DNA of 64,000 nucleotides, taken from contig RFFX01000005.1 of NCBI GenBank assembly GCA_003696765.1, positions 24,169 to 88,168 on the forward strand. The letters run 5' to 3'. Of the stretch, positions 11,980-23,481 are shown piece after piece. Source of the DNA: Zetaproteobacteria bacterium (GTDB lineage: Bacteria > Pseudomonadota > Zetaproteobacteria > Mariprofundales > J009). Each line of letters starts with the position of its first letter. The stretch's first letter is position 1. The notes beneath the pieces were generated by a model that was not told where the DNA came from, made no database searches, and saw only the letters and a list, made by a program, of their open reading frames with translations. The position numbers were made by a program, and so were the translations under genes.

Positions 11980-12117
11980 AACTACTCAGCACACCCTTGG
12001 AACTGCTCAGATCGCCCCTGATTTGTTCGAGAACAAGGAAAAAGCGCGCAGTGTGCTACTGTACATGAGCACTTTCGACGCGGTTATCGGGCAAATCAGG
12101 GGATGAGCTGAGTAGTT
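11980..12117. mobile_element. 138-bp MITE-like element with perfect 11-bp terminal inverted repeats
   Basis: TIRs are AACTACTCAGC (11980-11990) and GCTGAGTAGTT (12107-12117). A second inverted pair is CCCCTGATTTG (12015-12025) and CAAATCAGGGG (12092-12102). The core is AT-richer than its surroundings. It is flanked by CCCCTCCT (11970-11977) and CCCCCTCCT (12119-12127). Confidence 0.5.
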
Positions 12118-12125
12118 ACCCCCTC

Positions 12126-14924
<2,799 letters not shown>

Positions 14925-15077
14925 CGGAATCGGGCGGGAATCGGGGAGATTGAGCGCGGGGAAATCGAGCGCGGGAAGATGGAGCGGGAGCGGCGCACGG
15001 GGCGGAGGCTAGCCCCGGGCCGCGGAGGGTTCATCCCCGCCGGAGGCGACGCCCGGGCGGAGACGGAACGGGGAAAC

Positions 15078-15153
15078 TGGTGGAGCCGGCCGGGATCGAA
15101 CCGGCGACCTTTACATTGCGAACGTAACGCTCTCCCGACTGAGCTACGGCCCC
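15078..15153 (-). tRNA. tRNA-Ala (anticodon CGC)
   Basis: The reverse complement reads GGGGCCGTAGCTCAGTCGGGAGAGCGTTACGTTCGCAATGTAAAGGTCGCCGGTTCGATCCCGGCCGGCTCCACCA. It folds as a 76-nt cloverleaf with a G3:U70 identity pair, anticodon loop TTCGCAA, a GGTTCGATCC T-arm and an encoded CCA. Confidence 0.9.
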
Positions 15154-15252
15154 AACCCCTCCCGTCGGAGGGGGGCGAATGGTACCCTGCGGCGACGGCG
15201 CGCACCACCCCTCCGTGCGCGGCCGACCCACCCCGATCCACCGGGAGGCGCC

Positions 15253-15948
15253 ATGCAGCAGGGCTTTCGGCTCCATCTCCGAGACGACCTCCACCCGTGG
15301 CCGCAGGAGCCCGCCGAGGCGCGCGCCATCCAGCAGGCGCTGCCGCCGCCGGTGGTCTCCCCCCTGCCGCCGGGCCAGGCACCCCGACGTCTGCTCGGGC
15401 TGGATTGCGCCTTCCCCCGCCGACCGGCGCCCCACGCCGTCGCCGCGGCCCTCCTGTGGGACACCGAAGAGGGGCGGGTCCTCTGGCGCCAGAGGATCCG
15501 CCGCCCCATCCCCTTCCCCTACCGCACCGGGCTGCTCGCCTTCCGTGAGCTGCCGCTCCTCCTTCCGCTGCTCGCCGCACTGCCCCTGCCGATCGACGCC
15601 ATCCTGGTGGACGGGCAAGGGATCGCCCATCCGGCGGGGATCGGCTCGGCGGCCCATCTGGCCCTCTGGATCGAGGAGCCCGTCCCGGTGGTCGGCGTGG
15701 CCAAATCGCATCTGACCGGCAGCTTCGGGCCTTTGCCGGCGGAGGCCGGTGCCCGAACCCCGCTCCTCCATCGGGGACGCATCGTCGGCGCGGTGGTGCG
15801 CAGCCGCACGGGATGCCGTCCGCTCTTCGTCTCCCCCGGCGGCCATGTCGATGTCGCAGGGGCGGTGGAGATCGTACTCCGCTCCCTGCGGGGGCGTCGC
15901 CTGCCCGAGCCGCTGCGGCTGGCCGATCGCCACAGCCGCGATGGGTAG
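15253..15948 (+). CDS. nfi: Endonuclease V (deoxyinosine 3' endonuclease)
   Basis: 231 aa. It contains the YRTGLLAFRELP and VDGQGIAHPAGIGSAAHLALW motifs and GVAKS. Confidence 0.85.
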   Translation: MQQGFRLHLRDDLHPWPQEPAEARAIQQALPPPVVSPLPPGQAPRRLLGLDCAFPRRPAPHAVAAALLWDTEEGRVLWRQRIRRPIPFPYRTGLLAFRELPLLLPLLAALPLPIDAILVDGQGIAHPAGIGSAAHLALWIEEPVPVVGVAKSHLTGSFGPLPAEAGARTPLLHRGRIVGAVVRSRTGCRPLFVSPGGHVDVAGAVEIVLRSLRGRRLPEPLRLADRHSRDG

Positions 15949-15970
15949 CCCGCGCGATTGCGCCGCCCCG

Positions 15971-16006
15971 AAACGAACAAGGCCGCGATCCGGAAGGACC
16001 GCGGCC
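15971..16006 (-). terminator. Rho-independent terminator of the 233-aa/99-aa orphan operon
   Basis: The minus-strand RNA is GGCCGCGGUCC-UUCC-GGAUCGCGGCC, an 11-bp stem with a tetraloop, followed by UUGUUCGUUU. It lies 27 nt after the stop at 16033. Confidence 0.7.
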
Positions 16007-16032
16007 TGATCGGGAGGAGTGGCGGGCCAGCC

Positions 16033-16332
16033 TCAGGCGAAGACGTCCAACTGATTGACCCCTTGCTGCTGCTGCACACGGGGGTTGGCGCGCGCCTGTG
16101 CCTCCAACCCGCTGGTCCGGGGGGCCTCCCCCTCGGCACCCTGGGTCGGAGCCGACTCACCCACCTCGCGGGGCTGCGTCTCCACCGCCTCTCCGCCCGC
16201 ATTCCGATTCAGATCGGGCGCAACCTGGACCTGCGTGGAAGAGCTCTTCCGCTCCTGGGCCTGCTGCGCCTGATTCTGCTGGAAATCGGGACGGACCAAC
16301 GGGACGGTGGAGGTTACCGAGCCTATTTGCAT
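16033..16332 (-). CDS. Hypothetical Gln/Glu-rich 99-aa protein, probably disordered
   Basis: Track ORF. A strong AAGGAGG lies 7 nt upstream of ATG 16332. G/C is high at third codon positions. A terminator lies directly downstream. I recognise no family. Confidence 0.6.
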   Translation of the reverse strand: MQIGSVTSTVPLVRPDFQQNQAQQAQERKSSSTQVQVAPDLNRNAGGEAVETQPREVGESAPTQGAEGEAPRTSGLEAQARANPRVQQQQGVNQLDVFA

Positions 16333-16425
16333 GACGAACCTCCTTGCGTTTCGGTGCGCACAAGACGCACCTTGGGACCAATCATCGCCGATTCGGCGGC
16401 GGACTTGAGCGGCCGGCCGGCGGCG

Positions 16426-17127
16426 TCAGCTCCCCTGCTCCACCGGTGCGGCCACACCCGACCGCGGCGCCACCCCGCCGCCGGCCCGCTGCGCACTCCC
16501 CTGCTGCGCCTGGATGCGCTGGTATTGGCGCAAGGCCGCCTGCCGCCCCTGCGACGACGCAGCGCCCTGTGACGGGGCGGCCGCCACCGACTCCGCCCGA
16601 CGCGCCGCCTCGCGCGCCTCGGCCTGCGCATGCGCCGCCTGCGCCTGCGCCCGCTCGACCCGATGGCGCGCGGCGGCCTCCTGCAACCGATCGAGCGCTC
16701 CGGACCGCTGCTCCCGCACCGCGTGGTGCGCCACGGCCGCCGAGGCTAAAGTCTCCTCCCCGCCCGCCGATACTCCCGTTATGGTCACGCGGTCGGTGAC
16801 GGCGGGGCGGGCCGCCGCCACGGAAGCGCGCACCGCACGCAGCTCCGCCCGGGCGGCGGATGCGGCGGCCCGGGCCTGCCGCGCCTCGCTCTGTCGTGCA
16901 GAAGCTTGGCGGCGTGCCTGCGCCCGCTGCGTCGCGCCGTCGCCGTTCGCCCCGGACGGCGACGCCTCCCCCCGGCCCGATCCGCCGGAGGCCCCCGCTC
17001 CGGACGCAGCAGCCCCGTTCGCCTGCGCATCCTTCCTCGCAGGCGGCTTGGGCTTGAGCTGCGGCATCAGCAGATCGGCTTGACGGCGGCCGAGGTAGGC
17101 CGCAGCAAAGGCGGCATCGCTTAGCAT
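16426..17127 (-). CDS. Hypothetical 233-aa Ala/Gln/Arg/Glu-rich protein, probably coiled-coil
   Basis: Track ORF with consistent G/C at third positions. Alternative frames give Cys/Arg-rich nonsense. A strong sigma-70-like promoter lies upstream. I recognise no family. Confidence 0.55.
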   Translation of the reverse strand: MLSDAAFAAAYLGRRQADLLMPQLKPKPPARKDAQANGAAASGAGASGGSGRGEASPSGANGDGATQRAQARRQASARQSEARQARAAASAARAELRAVRASVAAARPAVTDRVTITGVSAGGEETLASAAVAHHAVREQRSGALDRLQEAAARHRVERAQAQAAHAQAEAREAARRAESVAAAPSQGAASSQGRQAALRQYQRIQAQQGSAQRAGGGVAPRSGVAAPVEQGS

Positions 17128-17186
17128 CTTCCCGATTCGTGCCCCGAACGTCGGCGCCCCCTACTCGAGAGGGGCGAAACAGGCGC

Positions 17187-17215
17187 TTTATAGCAGAGAG
17201 ACCATCCGAAGTCAA
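17187..17215 (-). promoter_or_regulatory. Sigma-70-type promoter TTGACT-N17-TATAAA for the orphan operon
   Basis: On the minus strand the -35 TTGACT is at 17215-17210 and the -10 TATAAA is at 17192-17187, with a 17-nt spacer. It sits about 60 nt upstream of ATG 17127. Confidence 0.5.
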
Positions 17216-17253
17216 GCCGTGCGCCTCCATGGGGAGGCCCGCGGCACCGCTCC

Positions 17254-18312
17254 TCAGGGGATCAGTCCCGCCGCGCGCGCCCGACGGGTGAGCGCCACCG
17301 CCGCCACCGTATAGAGGAGCAGGAAGGGAACAAAGGGCCAGAGCCGCTGCAGCCCCGACAGATGGGGGATCCAGAGCGCGGCCGCCCCCTGCAGCAGACC
17401 GAGCGCGCCGTAGAGCAGCGTCACCTGCGCATGCGTCCGCCCCATCCGCACCAGCAGCTGATAGAGGTGGCTGCGGTGGGCCTGGGTCGGGTTCTCGCCG
17501 GCCAGGATGCGCCGCGCCATGGTGAAGCTGGTGTCGAAGATGAAGTGGAGCAGCAGCAGCGGCATGACGAAGAAGGAGGTGTGGGCCTTGTCGTAGCTTG
17601 CCGCCATCAGGGCCAGCGCGGCCAGGACGAAGCCGAGAAAGGCACTGCCCACATCCCCCATGAAGATGCGCGCCGGCGGCCGGTTGAACCAGAGAAAGCC
17701 GGCCGCAGAAGCGGCGATGACGAAGCTGACCAGATAGGCGAAGTTGCTCCCCGCCGACAGGGTGATGGCCGCGAAGAAGAGGGCGGCGATGATCGCGGTG
17801 GTCGCAGCGAGGCCGTCGATGCCGTCCATGAAGTTGTAGGCGTTGGTCATCCCCACCAGCCAGAGGGCGGTGACCGCCCCCGCCAGCACGGGGTGTCCCT
17901 GCAACGCCGGCACCGTCCGCGCATCGAGCGTCAACCCCGCCGCCATGGCGACGGCGACGGCGACCACATGGGTCAACAGCTTGATCTGGAATGACTTCTC
18001 CTTGATGTCGTCGTAGAGGGAGATCGCGGCGATCAGCAGCGCGGAGAGAAGAAACGCCCAGAAGTAGTGGCGGTGGATCTGGCTGCTGTCGCCGAAGAGA
18101 CGGATGGCTGAGAGGCCGGCCAGGAAGGTGACCACGATGGCCACACCGCCACCGCGCGGTGTCGGCACCCGATGGGAGGAGCGGGCGTTGGGCCGGTCCA
18201 TGATCCGCACACGGTGCAGCATCAGCCAGGTCCCCGCCGCCGAGAGCAGGGCGAGCAGCAGCGCGAAGAGCAGGTGTTCGACCAGAGCGGAGGCACGCAC
18301 GGAGGGGATCAT
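17254..18312 (-). CDS. Glycosyltransferase family 4 (WecA/WbpL/MraY-like polyprenyl-phosphate sugar-1-phosphate transferase)
   Basis: ATG 18312 shares one base with the rnfD TGA (TGATG). The product is a 352-aa polytopic protein with DDIKE, NAYNFMDGIDGLA and FMGDVGSAFLGF motifs. The upstream part of track ORF 17254..19386 is out-of-frame rnfD. Confidence 0.85.
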   Translation of the reverse strand: MIPSVRASALVEHLLFALLLALLSAAGTWLMLHRVRIMDRPNARSSHRVPTPRGGGVAIVVTFLAGLSAIRLFGDSSQIHRHYFWAFLLSALLIAAISLYDDIKEKSFQIKLLTHVVAVAVAMAAGLTLDARTVPALQGHPVLAGAVTALWLVGMTNAYNFMDGIDGLAATTAIIAALFFAAITLSAGSNFAYLVSFVIAASAAGFLWFNRPPARIFMGDVGSAFLGFVLAALALMAASYDKAHTSFFVMPLLLLHFIFDTSFTMARRILAGENPTQAHRSHLYQLLVRMGRTHAQVTLLYGALGLLQGAAALWIPHLSGLQRLWPFVPFLLLYTVAAVALTRRARAAGLIP

Positions 18313-19394
18313 CACCGTAGCGAACCGGCACCGCGGCCGTAGACCGGCGGGCGGAGATGGCGGTCGAGCAGCGGTACCAGGCAGTTCATCAGCATCACCG
18401 AGAACATCGCCCCTTCGGGATAGCCGCCGAAGGTGCGGATCACCCAGGTGAGCACCCCGCAGCCGATGCCGAACACGATCTGGGCGCGCGGCGCCACCGG
18501 CGAGGTGACCGGATCGGTGGCCATGAAGAAGGCGCAGAGCATCAGCCCGCCGGCGGCGATGTGAAAGGGCGCCGGGGCAAAGCGATCGGGATCGATCGCA
18601 TGGGCGATCGCGGCCAGCAGCGCCACCGAGGCCAGGTAGCTCGTCGGAATCTGCCAGCTGATCACCCGCACCCGCAGCAGGTAGAGCCCGCCGAGCAGCA
18701 GGGCCAGCGCGCTGGTCTCGCCCATGCTGCCCCCCTCGCGACCGAGCAGCGCATCGACCAGCGAATAGTGGGCGGCGGCCAGCGCCTCCGGCACGGTGGC
18801 GCCGCCGTGGAGCGCGGTCTTGAGCCGACCGAGCGGCGTGGCGGCGGTGATCGCGTCGAACGGCTGCCCGGTGGCGGCCACCCCGCCGGTGAAGATGGTC
18901 CAGGCATTGGAGAAGTGCGCCAGATCGATCCCGCCGGGCAGCGGCAACGGAATCAGCCAGGTGGTCATCTGCAGCGGGAAGGAGACCAGCAGGATCACCC
19001 GCGCGGCCAGCGCCGGGTTGAACGGATTGTAGCCCAGCCCGCCGTAGAGCTGCTTGCCCAGGGTGATGGCGGCAAGCGCGCCGATCAGCGCCACCCACCA
19101 GGGCGCCGCCGCCGGCAACACCAGCGCCAGAAAGAGCCCGGTCAGCGCCGCGGAGCCGTCGAGCGCCGCTGAGCCGTCCCGGCCGGTGAGGCGCAACACC
19201 CCCCACTCGATCACCACACAGGCGGTGATGGCGAAACCAAGCTGCAGCAGGGCCAGCCAGCCGAAGAGCCACACCGCCACCAGCGTCGCCGGTAGCAGTG
19301 CTGCCATCACCTGCAGCATCATCACCCGGCTGGAGCTGCCGCTGTGGTCGTGGGGGGAGCTCAATTCTGTTTGCAGCGCAAAACATCCGTCCAT
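18312..19394 (-). CDS. rnfD: Rnf electron-transport complex subunit D
   Basis: It has the SSPHDHSGSSSRVMM N-terminal signature and a polytopic body ending TDPVTSP...GGYPEGAMFSVMLMN. The start is uncertain: either ATG 19394 inside the repeat, or the TTG just before SSPH. Confidence 0.85.
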   Translation of the reverse strand: MDGCFALQTELSSPHDHSGSSSRVMMLQVMAALLPATLVAVWLFGWLALLQLGFAITACVVIEWGVLRLTGRDGSAALDGSAALTGLFLALVLPAAAPWWVALIGALAAITLGKQLYGGLGYNPFNPALAARVILLVSFPLQMTTWLIPLPLPGGIDLAHFSNAWTIFTGGVAATGQPFDAITAATPLGRLKTALHGGATVPEALAAAHYSLVDALLGREGGSMGETSALALLLGGLYLLRVRVISWQIPTSYLASVALLAAIAHAIDPDRFAPAPFHIAAGGLMLCAFFMATDPVTSPVAPRAQIVFGIGCGVLTWVIRTFGGYPEGAMFSVMLMNCLVPLLDRHLRPPVYGRGAGSLR

Positions 19395-19571
19395 GGATGT
19401 TTTGCTTGACGGAAAGCGAAGAATGCGATCTTCGCTTTCCTTACAAATCCTGCGCTTGCCTTGGCAAGCTTCGGATTTGCGCGGCCGTCCATGGCCGCGT
19501 TGATGGCTTCTCGCGAAACCATCAACTCTGTTTGCAGCGCAAGACATCCGTCCATGGATGTTTTGCTTGAC
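19360..19571 (+). repeat. Five-hairpin repeat, about 1.3 units (A-B-C-D-E-A), in the rnfC-rnfD gap
   Basis: Hairpins are A at 19367-19410, B ggaaagcgaaga/tcttcgctttcc, C caaatcc..gcttgcc/ggcaagc..ggatttg, D gcggcc-GTCCAT-ggccgc, E gttgatgg..ccatcaac, and a second A at 19528-19571. The two A copies are 43/44 identical and offset by 161 bp. Confidence 0.9.
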
Positions 19572-19598
19572 AACAATCCCCACCTCCCGGCGAAGCCC

Positions 19599-21095
19599 TC
19601 ACTGCTTCCGCTCCTCCACCCCCGCACCGGCCGCAGGCCTGCGCGAGCGCCTGCGGGCGGCACGCTCCTCCTGCTCGCGCCGGAGCCGCTCCTCACGCGC
19701 CTCGGAGCGGCGGCGCGACGCATCGGCGAATGCACGGGCGCGGCGAATCGCCGCCACCTGCCCCTTGCCGTAGCGGAAGTAGTGGACCAGCGGAATGTGG
19801 GCCGGGCAGACGTAGCTGCAGGCGCCGCACTCGATGCAGTCGAAGAGATGGAACGCCTCGGCCTGCTCGAAGCGGTCGTTGCGGCAGTGGGCGGCGAGCT
19901 CGTTGGGCATCAGCCCGGCGGGGCAGACCTGCAGGCAGTGGCCGCAGCGGATGCAGGGCGACTCCGGCTCGACCGGACGGCGCGCCATGGCAAGAATGGC
20001 GTTGCTCCCCTTGGTGACCGGCGCCTCCGGGTACAACACCCGCTCGCCCATCATCGGCCCGCCCTGGATGATCTCGATCCCCTCCAGATCGAGCAGCCCC
20101 TGCCGGCGCAGGAGGAAATCGATCGGCGTACCGATGCGCACCCGCAGATTGGCCGGCTGCGGCATGGCCTCCCCGCCCAAGGTCACCACCCGCTCGGTCA
20201 GCGGACGCCCCTGCAGCACCGCGTCGGCCACCGCCGCACTGGTTGCCACGTTGACGCAGAGCACCCCGACATGGAGCGGCAGCCGACCGGCAGGGACCTG
20301 CCGGCCGGTGATCGTCTCGATCAACTGCCGCTCGCTTCCCTGGGGATAGCGGACCGGCAGCAGCCGCACGGCGACGTCGTGCAGCCCCCCCGCGATGGAG
20401 GCCCGCTCCATCGCCTCGGCGGCGTCGGGCTTGTTCTCCTCGATCGCCACCACACAGCGCGCCGCGCCGACGACATGGCGCAGGATCGCCATCCCCGCGA
20501 CGATCCGCTCCGCCTCCTCGACCATCAGCCGGTGGTCGCAGGCGAGCCACGGCTCACACTCCACACCGTTGAGGATCAGGGTCTCGATCGGATGACGTGG
20601 GTCGCGCGCCAGCTTGACGAAGGTGGGGAAGAGCGCGCCGCCCAACCCGACGATCCCGCAGGCGCGGATGCGCTCGCGCAGCTCGGCCGGGTCGCGCTCC
20701 GGCCAGTCCGGCCACCCCTCCCACCCGCCGGTGGAGCGGTCCTCCCCGTCGGCCTCGATGAAGATCGAGCGCATCCCGATGCCCGAGGGGTGGACGATGG
20801 CGTGCTCCTCGATCTTGACCACCGTCCCGGAGGTGGGGGCGTGGAGCGCCGCGGAGACGTAGCCCTGCGGCCGGGCGATCGGCTCATCGCGCAACACCCG
20901 CGCACCGACATCGACCACCGGCTCGGCGCTCTCCCCGATATGTTGACGCACCGGCACGACGAACAGCGGCGGCAGCGGCGCGGACTCGATGGGTGCGGCG
21001 GCGGCATCCTCGTGCATCTCGGGATGGACCCACGGCCGGGCCAACGGCAGCAGCCCCCCCAGCAGCCGCACCCCCATCCGCTGCCAGCTATGCAT
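19599..21095 (-). CDS. rnfC: Rnf electron-transport complex subunit C
   Basis: 498 aa. It has two ferredoxin motifs, CIRCGHCLQVCP and CIECGACSYVCP, a GLGGALFPT-type nucleotide-binding region and a basic C-terminal tail. Confidence 0.9.
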   Translation of the reverse strand: MHSWQRMGVRLLGGLLPLARPWVHPEMHEDAAAAPIESAPLPPLFVVPVRQHIGESAEPVVDVGARVLRDEPIARPQGYVSAALHAPTSGTVVKIEEHAIVHPSGIGMRSIFIEADGEDRSTGGWEGWPDWPERDPAELRERIRACGIVGLGGALFPTFVKLARDPRHPIETLILNGVECEPWLACDHRLMVEEAERIVAGMAILRHVVGAARCVVAIEENKPDAAEAMERASIAGGLHDVAVRLLPVRYPQGSERQLIETITGRQVPAGRLPLHVGVLCVNVATSAAVADAVLQGRPLTERVVTLGGEAMPQPANLRVRIGTPIDFLLRRQGLLDLEGIEIIQGGPMMGERVLYPEAPVTKGSNAILAMARRPVEPESPCIRCGHCLQVCPAGLMPNELAAHCRNDRFEQAEAFHLFDCIECGACSYVCPAHIPLVHYFRYGKGQVAAIRRARAFADASRRRSEAREERLRREQEERAARRRSRRPAAGAGVEERKQ

Positions 21096-21140
21096 CGCGA
21101 TCAGGACGCGGCAGAGCCGGCATGACGGGGACCCCTCCTT

Positions 21141-21209
21141 GCGGCCACGGCGGAGCGCGCGAAACAGCCGAGCAAACAGCCCACGGACGGACTTTTTGCG
21201 ATCTCATCA
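21141..21209 (-). repeat. Truncated copy of the repeat (D-like plus A hairpin) in the rnfB-rnfC gap
   Basis: The sequence is gcggccacggcgg...gagcaaacagcccacggacggactttttgcgatctcatca. The terminal TCA at 21207-21209 is the rnfB stop codon. Confidence 0.6.
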
Positions 21210-21791
21210 TCCATGCTGCATCCTGCGCGCACGGCCCAGATCGGCGCGCGCGGTGCCCGGCAGCGGCCAGGACCAGTGCTCCAGCAACTCCGGCTTCTCC
21301 AGCATGTCGATGCAGTCGACCGGACAGGGCTCGACGCAGAGGGCGCAACCGGTGCAGTCGTCGGCGATCACCACATGGTACTGCCTGGGCGCGCCGACGA
21401 TGGCATCGACCGGACAGGCCTTGATGCAGAGCGTACAGCCGATGCACTCGTCCTCTCGGATGAAGGCGACCATCGGCGCCTTGGGCTCCTCTTCGATCGC
21501 CTTGGGCTCCACCCCCATGATGTCGGCGATCTGGCGCATCACCCGCTCGCCGCCCGGCACACAGTGGTTGACCTCCGCCTCGCCTGTGGCCACCGCGTGG
21601 GCGTAGGGCCTGCAGCCGGGATAGCCGCACTGGCCGCACTGGGTCTGCGGCAGCAACCGGTCGATCGACTCCTCCAGCGGATTGCCCTCCACCTTGAACA
21701 GGCGGGAGAAGAGGGCCAGCGCCGAGCCGAAGAGCACCCCCGCGCCCGCCAGCAACAACACCGGCGTCCACAATGCGGCGCCTCCCGTCAA
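21207..21791 (-). CDS. rnfB: Rnf electron-transport complex subunit B
   Basis: 194 aa. It has an N-terminal TM helix, the CGQCGYPGC cluster, and two ferredoxin motifs [12 protein letters not shown] and [12 protein letters not shown]. Confidence 0.9.
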   Translation of the reverse strand: MTGGAALWTPVLLLAGAGVLFGSALALFSRLFKVEGNPLEESIDRLLPQTQCGQCGYPGCRPYAHAVATGEAEVNHCVPGGERVMRQIADIMGVEPKAIEEEPKAPMVAFIREDECIGCTLCIKACPVDAIVGAPRQYHVVIADDCTGCALCVEPCPVDCIDMLEKPELLEHWSWPLPGTARADLGRARRMQHG

Positions 21792-21815
21792 CGGCGGTCG
21801 ATGCCCGGCGGTGGA

Positions 21816-22397
21816 TCAGCCCTTGACCAGACCGCTGAACCCGAGAAAGGCCAGGCTCATCATCCCGGCGGTGATCAGGGTGATCGGGCTGCCGCGAAAC
21901 GGGCGCGGCACCGGCGCACCGTCCAGCCGTTCGCGCAAGCCGGAGAAGGCGACCAGCACGATGGAGAAGCCGATCGCCGCCCCCAGGCCGTAGAGCGCGG
22001 CCTGCGGCAGATCGAGCTCCTTCTGCACGTTGAGCAGCGCCACACCGAGCACGGCGCAGTTGGTGGTGATCAGCGGCAGGAAGACGCCCAGCGCCTGATG
22101 GAGCAGCGGGCTGGTCTTGTGCATGGCCATCTCGACCAGCTGCACCAGCGAGGCGATCACCAGAATGAAGAAGACGGTCTGGAGATACTCCAGCCCCAGC
22201 GGCTGCAGCAGCCAGTGCTGCACCATCCAGGTGGAGATCGAGGCGAGCGTCATGACGAACATCACCGCCAGCGCCATGCCGACGGCGGTTTCGGTTTTGG
22301 CGGAGACACCGAGAAAGGGGCAGATGCCGAGGAACTTGGCCAACACGAAGTTGTTGACCAGCACCACGGAGACCAGGATCAGCAGGTAGTCATGCAT
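21816..22397 (-). CDS. rnfA: Rnf electron-transport complex subunit A
   Basis: The internal start [32 protein letters not shown] matches the canonical RnfA N-terminus. The product is a 193-aa polytopic protein. Confidence 0.9.
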   Translation of the reverse strand: MHDYLLILVSVVLVNNFVLAKFLGICPFLGVSAKTETAVGMALAVMFVMTLASISTWMVQHWLLQPLGLEYLQTVFFILVIASLVQLVEMAMHKTSPLLHQALGVFLPLITTNCAVLGVALLNVQKELDLPQAALYGLGAAIGFSIVLVAFSGLRERLDGAPVPRPFRGSPITLITAGMMSLAFLGFSGLVKG

Positions 22398-22478
22398 GCC
22401 GGCAATGCTACCGCCCACGGCGCAAAATGTATCACCATCACCTCGCCCGGGCCGCAGCGCGACCGGGCAAAGCAGCGA

Positions 22479-22871
22479 TCAGCGCTTGGAGAACTGCGGC
22501 GCGCGCCGCGCCTTCTTCAAGCCGTACTTCTTGCGCTCGACCACGCGGGCGTCCCGGGTGAGAAAGCCGCGCTTCTTCAGCAGCGGGCGCAGCCCGGAGT
22601 CGTAGCTGACCAGCGCGCGGGCCAGCCCCATACGGATCGCACCGGCCTGACCGCTCACCCCGCCGCCACGCACGTTGACCCGCACATCGACCCGTCCCGA
22701 AAGGCTGACGGCGGCCAGCGGCTCCAGCGCCCGCTGACGGGTGATCTCGATCGGAAAATAGCGCTCGATCTCCCGCCCGTTGACCTCGATCCTGCCGGCA
22801 CCCGGCTTCAGGATGACGCGGGCGGTGCTCGCCTTGCGCCGCCCCGTTCCGCGATGGATGTTCTCGTTCAC
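22479..22871 (-). CDS. rpsI: 30S ribosomal protein S9
   Basis: 130 aa. It contains [12 protein letters not shown] and ends [17 protein letters not shown]. Confidence 0.97.
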   Translation of the reverse strand: MNENIHRGTGRRKASTARVILKPGAGRIEVNGREIERYFPIEITRQRALEPLAAVSLSGRVDVRVNVRGGGVSGQAGAIRMGLARALVSYDSGLRPLLKKRGFLTRDARVVERKKYGLKKARRAPQFSKR

Positions 22872-22874
22872 GAC

Positions 22875-23339
22875 CTACCCCTGATTCCCTTCTCCGGCGC
22901 CGCGCCCGCCCGGATCGAGCACGACCGGCCTCTGGGCTGCATGCGGATGGTCGGCACCGGCATAGACCTTGAGCTTGCGCATCATCCGGCGGCCGAGCGG
23001 CCCCTTGGGCATCATCCCCCGCACCGCATGTTCGATGATCCGCTCGGGATGGCTCCGGCGCAACTCGGCCAGCGCGGTCTCCTTCAGCCCGCCGGGATAG
23101 CCGCTGTGGCGGTAGTAGCGCTTCTGCCGCTCCTTCCTGCCGGTGACATGGACCCGGGCCGCATTGATCACCACCACATGGTCGCCGCAATCGGCGTGCG
23201 GCGTATACCAGGGGCGATGCTTGCCCCGAAGGATGGCGGCGACCCGGGTGGCCAGCCGCCCGAGCACCTGATCGGCGGCATCGACCACATACCACTGCCT
23301 TGCTCTCTCCTCGCCCGCACGGGGCACCCAAGTGCGCAT
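22875..23339 (-). CDS. rplM: 50S ribosomal protein L13
   Basis: The start at ATG 23339 gives [21 protein letters not shown], the L13 signature. The product is 154 aa and lies 3 nt upstream of rpsI. Confidence 0.95.
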   Translation of the reverse strand: MRTWVPRAGEERARQWYVVDAADQVLGRLATRVAAILRGKHRPWYTPHADCGDHVVVINAARVHVTGRKERQKRYYRHSGYPGGLKETALAELRRSHPERIIEHAVRGMMPKGPLGRRMMRKLKVYAGADHPHAAQRPVVLDPGGRGAGEGNQG

Positions 23340-23481
23340 CGTATCCACCTGCCCGAAACAATGAGATTGGAACCGAATCCAGGCCCATCGTGGACCCGTC
23401 GGCGATCGGCGGGGCAGCCACACCCACGGAGGCGGCCGCCGCCGGTTCCATCCCCGGGGCCGCGCCCGCAGGGGGCGGCGC

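Noticed and set aside
12065-12106. 13-codon ORF (MSTFDAVIGQIRG) inside the MITE-like element
   Set aside because: It is too short, has no properly spaced SD, and lies within an inverted-repeat structure. There is no reason to treat it as coding.
14925-15077. SOS (LexA) box upstream of uvrA
   Set aside because: No CTGT-N8-ACAG or direct-repeat GAAC/GTTC-type motif is visible in the 150-bp upstream region. Only the degenerate tandem repeats reported above are present.
17254-19386. 710-aa ORF spanning the glycosyltransferase and rnfD
   Set aside because: Its N-terminal 358 residues are an out-of-frame reading of rnfD. The GT4 protein starts at the internal Met (ATG 18312), coupled to the rnfD stop.
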